Source of the DNA: an uncultured Actinomycetes bacterium | GTDB lineage: Bacteria > Actinomycetota > Thermoleophilia > RBG-16-64-13 | NCBI GenBank assembly: GCA_963713545.1 | Contig: CAVQME010000011.1 | Coordinates: 24,976 to 88,975 of the forward strand | Length of the DNA: 64,000 bases | Reading direction: 5' to 3' | Part shown: positions 28,316-35,597 of the stretch, one piece after another | Layout of the letters: each line of letters starts with the position of its first letter | How positions within the stretch are numbered: the stretch's first letter is position 1 | Program-made: the position numbers and the translations under genes | Notes under the pieces: model-generated | The model's database searches: none | Told to the model about the DNA's origin: nothing | What the model saw: the letters and a program-made list of their open reading frames with translations, nothing else

Positions 28316-29098
28316 CTACCCCGCCTCCGCCGCCTCCCAGGCGATGAGGGCCGCGCCATGCGCCCCCAGGTATTCGGCGTCGGCGAGGACGTAGATATCC
28401 ACCCCACCCAACGCGTCGGACAAGGACTTGACGAACCCGATGTTGAGAGCGGCACCGCCTCCCAGCACGACCGGATCCTCGACCCCGATGCGCCGCACCA
28501 TCGCTGACACCCGACCGGCCATGGCATCGTGAACGGCACGGGCGATGTCGGCCGGGGGCGTGTTGGCGTGGATGAGGCTGACTACCTCCGACTCGGCGAA
28601 CACTGTGCACTGGGCGTTCATGGGAATGGTCTCGGTGGAATCCAGGGACGCCTTGGCGAAATCATCGAGGGACATATCGAGGGCTCGGCTCATGGCCTCG
28701 ACGAACGCGCCCGCCCCGGCAGCGCACTTCTCGTTGATGGCGAAGTCGACTACCTTGCCACCGTCACCGAGACGGATCGCCCTCGCTTCGTCTGCACCGA
28801 CGTCGATGACGGTGCGGGCTCCAGGGTACAGATCGAAGGCACCCCGGCCGTCCGCAGCTACCTCGGTTGGCTGCCGGCTCGCGGAGGAAAGAGCCTTCCG
28901 CCCGGCGCCGGTGGCAGCGACAAGCCCGATGTCTTCCCGCTGCACGCCAGCGATGGCTGCAGCCTCAGTCAGGCCTCGCTCGGCCGACTCCTCCTGGTCA
29001 AAGCCGGAGGGCACGGTCGCCCGCGCCACCAGTTCACCGTCCTTCAAGAGCACGGCGTGCACGTTCTTTGCCCCCACGTCGATCCCCGCTACGAGCAT
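28316..29098 (-). CDS. BadF/BadG/BcrA/BcrD (HgdC-type) ATPase, activase family, subunit 1
   Basis: The N-terminus is MLVAGIDVGAKNVHAVL. INEKCAAGAGAFVE and NAQCTVFAESEVVS are the cluster Cys motifs. The C-terminal LGGGAALNIGFV region is also typical. It overlaps the korC copy-2 stop by about 10 nt. Confidence 0.75.
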   Translation of the reverse strand: MLVAGIDVGAKNVHAVLLKDGELVARATVPSGFDQEESAERGLTEAAAIAGVQREDIGLVAATGAGRKALSSASRQPTEVAADGRGAFDLYPGARTVIDVGADEARAIRLGDGGKVVDFAINEKCAAGAGAFVEAMSRALDMSLDDFAKASLDSTETIPMNAQCTVFAESEVVSLIHANTPPADIARAVHDAMAGRVSAMVRRIGVEDPVVLGGGAALNIGFVKSLSDALGGVDIYVLADAEYLGAHGAALIAWEAAEAG

Positions 29099-29820
29099 GT
29101 GCCACTCCTTAGCCATTCTTCCGGGTCGAGGGACAGCCCTCGATCCAGTGCTTTCTCGTTCGACTCTTCCGTGCCGGCCTGCACCGTGCTCATCACCGCT
29201 TTCCGCAGCGACCGCACAGAAACCACGCCTGTTATCGCCACCACCGCGCCCAGCGCCAGCACGTCGGCCGTTCGATCCCTCTGCCCGATCGCCTCAGTCG
29301 CCAGCCGGGCAAAAGGTACGCCGAAGCTGGTGCCCACGAAGACAGGTGGCTTGGTGACGTTCTCCGACTCGTAGACGAGGATGCTGTCAGGCCGTAGCAA
29401 TCCAGCATACCCGTCTGCCGAGTCTTGGGACAGGGCCACGAGAAGATCAGCCGACTGAAGCTCGGGGTAGTCGATGGGCTGATCGGAGATGATGATGTCG
29501 CTCCGGCCGTAGCCACCTCGAGTCCCCAGCCCATAGGTCTGAGTCTGGACGACGTAGCGGTGGTCCCGAGTGGCTGCCATCGCCAGCACAACGCCCATGA
29601 GGATGACCCCTTGGGCTCCCGTCCCTCCGAAACGCACCTCGAGGAAGTCGCGCGCCGCCAGAAGGCCGGCGCGCTCCGGAGCGGGCCCGCAGCCGGGGAC
29701 AGTCTGACCGCAGCTCCCGGCCGGTCCCCTCTGAGCGGCGGGGCCCGAGCTCCCCGGAGGTCCGACCCGGGCCGGCCGCAACGGGTCGCTCCCCTGTCCT
29801 TCTAGGCCTGGCCCGCTCAT
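29089..29820 (-). CDS. 2-oxoacid:ferredoxin oxidoreductase gamma subunit (copy 2)
   Basis: A VRFGGTGAQGV motif is present, with the gamma-subunit fold signature IISDQPIDYPELQSADLLVALSQDSADGY. The protein is about 80% identical to the copy at 31976-32620. Confidence 0.8.
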   Translation of the reverse strand: MSGPGLEGQGSDPLRPARVGPPGSSGPAAQRGPAGSCGQTVPGCGPAPERAGLLAARDFLEVRFGGTGAQGVILMGVVLAMAATRDHRYVVQTQTYGLGTRGGYGRSDIIISDQPIDYPELQSADLLVALSQDSADGYAGLLRPDSILVYESENVTKPPVFVGTSFGVPFARLATEAIGQRDRTADVLALGAVVAITGVVSVRSLRKAVMSTVQAGTEESNEKALDRGLSLDPEEWLRSGTCS

Positions 29821-30668
29821 CTGCCCGCCGGTCCGCCCGTTTGCTCCGCCGCCTCGGCTTCCGCACGGGCGATCACGGCCGCGTACGATCGCTGGAACTC
29901 GGGCCTGTCCGGATCGTGGTGGAGAACACCCGTTACTATCTTGCCCTCCAGCTCTTCAGAGGAAAGCCGGGCGGCTTCGTCCACCGAGATCGAGCAGGCT
30001 TTCTCATCGTCGAGCATGGCCAACACGCCCCCGCTGACATTTCGCATGCCGTACTCCATCGGGCAAGGCACGACGGCCTCGATGAAGGCGAAGCCCGGGT
30101 GTTGGATCCCTTGCTTGATGAAGGCCTCCATGGGCTTGATGTCCGCCGCCGTGCCGCGGGCCACGAAGGTCGCCCCCGCCGCCTCGGCCAGCCTGCAAAG
30201 GTCGAAGGGCTGCTCGACCTGCCCATAGGGGGCTGTGGTCGCCCTGTCACCCCAGGCCATGGTGGGGGAGAGCTGACCCCCGGTCATGCCGTACACCTGG
30301 TTGTTGAAGAGGATGCAGGTGAGGTCTATGTTCCGTCGGCAGGCGTGTATCAGATGATTGCCCCCTATTGCGGCCCCGTCGCCATCCCCGGTGAGCACAA
30401 CCACGGTGAACTCGGGCCGAGCCATCTTGATGCCGGTGGCGAACGCCAGCGCGCGGCCGTGGATGGTGTGCATGGTGCCCACATCCAGATAGCCCGCCGC
30501 CCGGCTGGAACAGCCTACTCCGCCGACAACGACCGTCTCCTCCCGCTTCAAGCCCAGGTCTACCATGACCCGCAGGAAGGCTCCCGTCACGATCCCGATA
30601 CCGCAACCGGCGCACCACATATGGGGCAGTCGCTCGGTGTGGAGGAACCGTTCGATCTCGAGGCTCAT
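29817..30668 (-). CDS. 2-oxoacid:ferredoxin oxidoreductase beta subunit (TPP-binding, copy 2)
   Basis: The N-terminus has WCAGCGIG. GDGDGAAIGGNH is the TPP/Mg motif, and LIHACRRNIDLTCILFNNQVYGMTGGQ follows. Confidence 0.85.
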   Translation of the reverse strand: MSLEIERFLHTERLPHMWCAGCGIGIVTGAFLRVMVDLGLKREETVVVGGVGCSSRAAGYLDVGTMHTIHGRALAFATGIKMARPEFTVVVLTGDGDGAAIGGNHLIHACRRNIDLTCILFNNQVYGMTGGQLSPTMAWGDRATTAPYGQVEQPFDLCRLAEAAGATFVARGTAADIKPMEAFIKQGIQHPGFAFIEAVVPCPMEYGMRNVSGGVLAMLDDEKACSISVDEAARLSSEELEGKIVTGVLHHDPDRPEFQRSYAAVIARAEAEAAEQTGGPAGR

Positions 30669-30671
30669 CGG

Positions 30672-31850
30672 TCACACACTTTCGTACTTGCCTATCAGCT
30701 GGGTGATCCGGTCGAGGATCTCGCGCGGCGTGATCAGGGTGCCGTCGATCTTGTTCATCCCTATCACCGTGGTCCAGTTCTCGGCCAGCTTGCGCACCTC
30801 GCGCGCGTACTGCCCCAGGTTCAGCTCCGGGACGAGCATGAATTCGACCCGCCGAGATACCGTTTGGATGATCTCCACCGGCATGGGGAACAGCGTGTAC
30901 AGGTGCAGGACCTCCACAGGCAACCCTTCCTGATCGGCCAGCTTCCAGGCGGCTCGGGCGCTACGGGCACACGAGCCGTAGGCTACGATGCATACCCGGC
31001 CCTTGCCCTCGTTCTTGACGTCGTACAGGCACAGCTCGTCCCGATGGTTGGTCACCTTGTCGTACAACTCACGCAGGAACCTTTCGCTCTTCGCCGCATC
31101 GTTCGTGGGAAAACCGGTCTCGTCATGGGTACATCCGGTCACGTGGGGATGGGTCAGAGAGCCCAGCACGTGGGGAGGATGCACTTCCCGGGCGAGATCG
31201 GGGTGCACGTAGCCGGGAGTGAAGTCGAAATCTCCGCTCGTCAGCCGGTAACGGCCCACCAGTTCCGGAGAGAAGCTCTCCCGCATGTGACCGACTGCCT
31301 CATCGGCCAACAGCGTTACCGGGGTGCGGAAGCGCTGGGCGAACCTCACCGCTGCCATGGTCAGCCGGTACATGTCGGCCACGTTGGAGGCCGCGAGCAC
31401 GATGGCGGGGTGATCCCCATGGGTGCCCCAGCGGGCCTGCATCACGTCGCCCTGAGAAGGAACGCTGACGCGCCCGGTGGAGGGGCCTTCGCGCATGACA
31501 TCCACGATCACCAGGGGCGCTTCCACCATGATCGCGTAGCCGATCGCCTCCTGCATGAGGGAGAAGCCGGGGCCCGAGGTAGCAGTCATCCCCAGCCGGC
31601 CCGAGAGGGAGGCCCCGATGCAGGCGCAGATCGAGGCGATCTCGTCCTCCATCTGTACGAAGACCCCTCCAACCCGGGGCAACTCGTAAGCCAGGGCCTC
31701 CATGATCTCCGAGCTAGGGGTGATGGGGTAGCCGGCGAAGAAACGCACGCCGGCGTCGAGAGCGCCCAAGGCACAGGCGCGGTTTCCCTGGACCAGAAGG
31801 CTACTCTGATCGATCGTTTCGCGCAGCAGGTGACTGTGCCAGAGCTCCAT
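30672..31850 (-). CDS. 2-oxoacid:ferredoxin oxidoreductase alpha subunit (copy 2)
   Basis: Motifs QGNRACALGALDAGVRFFAGYPITPSSEI and TATSGPGFSLMQEA are present. The start is set at ATG (MELWHS...) by alignment with copy 1. A GTG 21 nt upstream is an alternative; the ORF-track start at 31946 is probably too long. Confidence 0.8.
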   Translation of the reverse strand: MELWHSHLLRETIDQSSLLVQGNRACALGALDAGVRFFAGYPITPSSEIMEALAYELPRVGGVFVQMEDEIASICACIGASLSGRLGMTATSGPGFSLMQEAIGYAIMVEAPLVIVDVMREGPSTGRVSVPSQGDVMQARWGTHGDHPAIVLAASNVADMYRLTMAAVRFAQRFRTPVTLLADEAVGHMRESFSPELVGRYRLTSGDFDFTPGYVHPDLAREVHPPHVLGSLTHPHVTGCTHDETGFPTNDAAKSERFLRELYDKVTNHRDELCLYDVKNEGKGRVCIVAYGSCARSARAAWKLADQEGLPVEVLHLYTLFPMPVEIIQTVSRRVEFMLVPELNLGQYAREVRKLAENWTTVIGMNKIDGTLITPREILDRITQLIGKYESV

Positions 31851-31975
31851 CTCTTGAAAAGAGTCTAGCACCACATGCAGGCCCGCGCTCCGCCCGACAG
31901 CCCCGCTTTGCAGGCATCCAGCGCCGGCAGACAGTTGCCCTCGCAAACTCGCGGCCGCTCACTCCGCGGGGCATT

Positions 31976-32620
31976 CTATCGGGTCGGAGCCACCTGCCAG
32001 TCGGCCGGTTCGACGGCCAATCCCTTGGAGAGCGCCTGACTATTCACGTCGACGGTACCTTTGGGTACCGTTTCCACCACGGCCTTGCTCAAAGACTCCT
32101 CCGAAACCACGCCGGTGATCTTCGCGACCAGACCCAGCGCAAGCACGTTGGCCGGCTGCGGCCGTCCCGTCTCTTCCTTCGCCATGCGGGTGATAGGCAG
32201 GCCGATGCTCACGCCGGGGAAGGCGGGCGGGTTCGCGACCTTCTCGGAGTCGTAGATGAAGATGCCATTACGGCGCAAGAACCGCGTGTATCCGTCCGCC
32301 GAGTCCTGGGAAAGGGCTACGAGCAGATCGGCGAACTGGAGCTTCGGGTAGTCGATAGGGTTGTCCGAGATTATGACGTCGCTGCGACTGTAGCCGCCTC
32401 GAGCCTCCGGTCCGTACGACTCCGTCTGGACCACGCAGCGGTGGTCGTGATTGGCCGCCACGGCGAGGATGATCCCCATGAGCACCACCCCCTGTCCGCC
32501 GCTACCGCCGAACCGCACCTCGACAAACTCCCGGTCGGCCAGGAGTCCGACGCGTGCCGGGGCAGGGACCTCGGGGGAGTTGTCTACCAGACCTCGCGAC
32601 GAGCTCACGGGAGCGCTCAC
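31976..32620 (-). CDS. 2-oxoacid:ferredoxin oxidoreductase gamma subunit (copy 1)
   Basis: VEVRFGGSGGQGVVLMG and IISDNPIDYPKLQFADLLVALSQDSADGY are present. Confidence 0.85.
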   Translation of the reverse strand: MSAPVSSSRGLVDNSPEVPAPARVGLLADREFVEVRFGGSGGQGVVLMGIILAVAANHDHRCVVQTESYGPEARGGYSRSDVIISDNPIDYPKLQFADLLVALSQDSADGYTRFLRRNGIFIYDSEKVANPPAFPGVSIGLPITRMAKEETGRPQPANVLALGLVAKITGVVSEESLSKAVVETVPKGTVDVNSQALSKGLAVEPADWQVAPTR

Positions 32621-33465
32621 TGCTGCTCCTGTGCCGAAGCCAGCATCGCCGCCTCGGCCTGCGCCCGAGCTGAAGCGAAGTACGCCTGCTGGAACTCGGG
32701 TGTCGACGTGTCTTCGTAGAGCACACCCGTCACGATCTTGTCCTCGAGCTCCTCGGGGTTGAGCTTGGTGGCTTTGGCCGCAGAGACCGACCGAGCCCGC
32801 TCGTCCTCCAGCATGGCCACGACGTTCGACGTGGCATTCCGCCTACCGTATTCAGTCGGACAGGGCACCACCGCCTCGATGAAGGCGAAACCGTGGTGTT
32901 GGATCCCCCGCTTGATCAGTCTTTCTGTCTGGCGGATGTGTCCGGCGGTACCCCTGGCCACAAAGGTAGCTCCCGCCGCCTCGGCCAGCCGGCACAGATC
33001 GAAAGGCCGCTCCACCTGGCCGTGAGGAGCCGTGGTGGCGCGGTCTCCCAGGGCGGTAGTGGGTGAGAACTGACCGCCGGTCATGCCGTATATCTGGTTG
33101 TTGAAGAGGATGCAGGTGAGGTCGATGTTCCGCCGGCAGGCATGGATGAGGTGATTCCCGCCGATGGCGGCTCCGTCACCGTCGCCGGTGAGTACGATCA
33201 CAGAGAAGTTGGGCCGAGCCATCTTGATGCCGGTGGCGACGGCGAGCGCCCGCCCGTGTATGGAGTGCACGGTGCCAAGGTCGAGGTAGTTCGAAGCCCG
33301 GCTGGAGCAGCCGATGCCGCTCACCACCACGGTGCTCTCGCGCTTCAGACCGAGGTCGACCACCGCCCGCAGGAAGGCACCGGTGACCATTCCCACCCCG
33401 CAGCCCGGGCACCAGATGTGGGGAAGCCGTTCTGTGTGAAGGTATTCTTCGATCTCCAGTGCCAT
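32617..33465 (-). CDS. 2-oxoacid:ferredoxin oxidoreductase beta subunit (TPP-binding, copy 1)
   Basis: WCPGCGVG and GDGDGAAIGGNHLIHACRRNIDLTCILFNNQIYGMTGGQ are present. There is a 4-nt overlap with the gamma gene. Confidence 0.85.
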   Translation of the reverse strand: MALEIEEYLHTERLPHIWCPGCGVGMVTGAFLRAVVDLGLKRESTVVVSGIGCSSRASNYLDLGTVHSIHGRALAVATGIKMARPNFSVIVLTGDGDGAAIGGNHLIHACRRNIDLTCILFNNQIYGMTGGQFSPTTALGDRATTAPHGQVERPFDLCRLAEAAGATFVARGTAGHIRQTERLIKRGIQHHGFAFIEAVVPCPTEYGRRNATSNVVAMLEDERARSVSAAKATKLNPEELEDKIVTGVLYEDTSTPEFQQAYFASARAQAEAAMLASAQEQQ

Positions 33466-33468
33466 CAG

Positions 33469-34671
33469 CTACACGCTTTCATACTTCCCGATCAGTTCCC
33501 CGATGCGGTCGACGATCTCCCGGGGCGTGAAGAGATTGCCGTCGATCTTTCCCATGCCGATGACGGTGGTCCATTGCTCGGCCATCTTGCGCACCTCGTG
33601 CGCGTACTGCCCTAGGTTAAGCTCGGGGATGAGCATGAACTCCACCCTCCGGGCCACCGTCTGCACGATCTCGACGGGCAGGGGGAAGAGGGTGTAGAGG
33701 TGAAGGACCTCCACCTGCAGACCCTCCTCGTCCGCCAGCTTCAACGCCGCTCGGGCGCTGCGGGCACAGGAGCCGTAGGCTACGATGCATACCCGGCCCT
33801 TGCCCTCGTTCTTGACGTCGTACAGGCACAGCTCGTCCCGGTGGTGGGCCACCTTGTTGTAGAGTTCGCGCAAAAACGCGTCGCTGCGATCCGGGTCGTT
33901 GGTGGGGAAGCCGGTCTCGTCGTGGAAGAGCCCTGTGACGTGAGGATGGCTACCCGATCCTAGCACGTGCGGGCGATGCACCTCGCGGGCGAGATCGGGG
34001 TGCACGTACGTGGGTGTGAAATTGAAATCGCCGCTCGTCAAGCGGTACCTTCCTACCAGTTCAGGGGTGAAGCTCTCCCGCATCTGACCGATTATCTGGT
34101 CGGCCAGCAGAATGACCGGGGTGCGGAAGCGCTGGGCGAACCTCACCGCCGCCATGGTCAGCCGGTACATGTCGGCCACATTGGAGGCCGCGAGCACGAT
34201 GGCGGGGTGATCCCCATGGGTGCCCCAGCGGGCCTGCATCACGTCGCCCTGGGAAGGAGCGGTGGGCCGCCCCGTCGATGGCCCCACCCGCATGACGTTG
34301 ACGACGAGCAGCGGCGCTTCCACCATGATCGCGTAGCCCAGCGCCTCCTGCATGAGGGAGAAGCCAGGACCTGAGGTAGCCGTCATCGCCAGTTCTCCCG
34401 TGAGCGCCGCCCCTATGCAGGCGCAGATAGAGCCGATCTCATCCTCCATCTGGACGAACACCCCTCCGGCTAGAGGCAACTCCACGGCCATGGTCTCCAT
34501 GATCTCGGAGCTCGGGGTGATGGGGTAGCCGGCAAAGAAGTTGACTCCGGCATCGAGGGCACCCAGGGCGCAGGCGCGGTTCCCCTGGATCACAAGGCTG
34601 GTGCTCGGATCGATCCTCTCCCCTAGCAGGTGTGTGCGCCAGCGTTCCACTCGGTCCTCCGACGAAGTCAC
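33469..34671 (-). CDS. 2-oxoacid:ferredoxin oxidoreductase alpha subunit (copy 1)
   Basis: IQGNRACALGALDAGVNFFAGYPITPSSEIME is present. The protein is about 85% identical to copy 2. The start codon abuts the tetR stop. Confidence 0.85.
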   Translation of the reverse strand: MTSSEDRVERWRTHLLGERIDPSTSLVIQGNRACALGALDAGVNFFAGYPITPSSEIMETMAVELPLAGGVFVQMEDEIGSICACIGAALTGELAMTATSGPGFSLMQEALGYAIMVEAPLLVVNVMRVGPSTGRPTAPSQGDVMQARWGTHGDHPAIVLAASNVADMYRLTMAAVRFAQRFRTPVILLADQIIGQMRESFTPELVGRYRLTSGDFNFTPTYVHPDLAREVHRPHVLGSGSHPHVTGLFHDETGFPTNDPDRSDAFLRELYNKVAHHRDELCLYDVKNEGKGRVCIVAYGSCARSARAALKLADEEGLQVEVLHLYTLFPLPVEIVQTVARRVEFMLIPELNLGQYAHEVRKMAEQWTTVIGMGKIDGNLFTPREIVDRIGELIGKYESV

Positions 34672-35345
34672 TGTTGTACGCTCGCCCGCTCGATATCAGG
34701 CGAGCGGAGGTAGGCGATGATCACATCGGCAAGCTTGTGGATGAGGAGGTCACTGGGGACCGAGTCAGCAAAGGCTACCCCCGAACGGCACCGCTGCACG
34801 TTCTCCTCCTGGGCGGCCTGCCAGAGCCGGGAAGCCACCCGGGCCGCCGACTCGGGGTCCGAATGACCTATCTGGGCGGCATGGCCCATAAGGATATCCA
34901 CCTCGAGGGCCTCGACCTGCGCTTTGTAGGTGTAGCCCCGCTCCCGCAGGACGGGATCGGTGGCCCCGTAGACGACGAAGGCCTCGAGCAGCCTATCGTT
35001 GCCATTGGTCGCCTCCTGCTTGATATCGACCAGACTGCGCACAGTCTCTTCCAGAGAGAGCGCTTCCCAGTCGATCTTGGCAGCCTCGTCCCGGATCTGC
35101 GTCTCTTCGCGGCCATGGACCCGCTCCTGCACCGCATGGAGCAGTGCGGTCTTGTCTTGGAAGCGCGCATAGAAGGTCCCGATGGACGTGTTCGAGCGGC
35201 GCACTACCTCTGCCACGGTGAGCGCTTCGTAGCCCTTGTTACGGATCAGCGTCTCCGCAGTTTTGAGGATCCGCTCCAGAGAGTCGGAACTGCGTTGCTG
35301 CCGGGGCGACTTGACGGCGTGTGCTGACTCGATCACGAGGGGCAT
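34668..35345 (-). CDS. TetR/AcrR-family transcriptional regulator
   Basis: An N-terminal HTH is present (RSSDSLERILKTAETLIRNKGYEALTVAEVVRRSNTSIGTFYARF). The start is set at MPLVIE because the longer ORF-track start would lie inside the operator palindrome. Confidence 0.8.
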   Translation of the reverse strand: MPLVIESAHAVKSPRQQRSSDSLERILKTAETLIRNKGYEALTVAEVVRRSNTSIGTFYARFQDKTALLHAVQERVHGREETQIRDEAAKIDWEALSLEETVRSLVDIKQEATNGNDRLLEAFVVYGATDPVLRERGYTYKAQVEALEVDILMGHAAQIGHSDPESAARVASRLWQAAQEENVQRCRSGVAFADSVPSDLLIHKLADVIIAYLRSPDIERASVQQ

Positions 35346-35381
35346 TCTAACATCGCGCCCGATGTGGGACCACATCCTGCA

Positions 35382-35429
35382 GAGCACTTGACGATAGAAT
35401 CTAGATTCTATATTCTATCGATAGTGCTC
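35382..35429. promoter_or_regulatory. AT-rich composite palindromic operator in the tetR / ALS-like divergent intergenic region
   Basis: Outer inverted repeat GAGCACT...AGTGCTC. Nested arms CGATAGAAT / ATTCTATCG. A central 18-bp perfect palindrome ATAGAATCTAGATTCTAT (35394-35411). A tandem half-site ATTCTAT-ATTCTAT. The local AT content is very high for this genome. Confidence 0.55.
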
Positions 35430-35597
35430 GCCCGTCCGGGAGCCCTCCCCCCTGGCTCCCGACGGGTTAGAGCGCAATCTCGCCGCTCCAGTCCCGGCGG
35501 CTACCGACGATTGGCAGGCTCCCCTCTCTGGGTATACGCTCCCCATCCATAAGCGCACGGGCATCTGACAGGTAACGACCGATCCGGGGGTCACCGC

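Noticed and set aside
28200-28610. A 136-aa minus-strand ORF bridging the two activase genes.
   Set aside because: It is out of frame with both activase genes, and its Arg/Gly-rich composition is not protein-like. The region is better explained as the C-terminus of activase 1 plus a 112-bp gap before activase 2.
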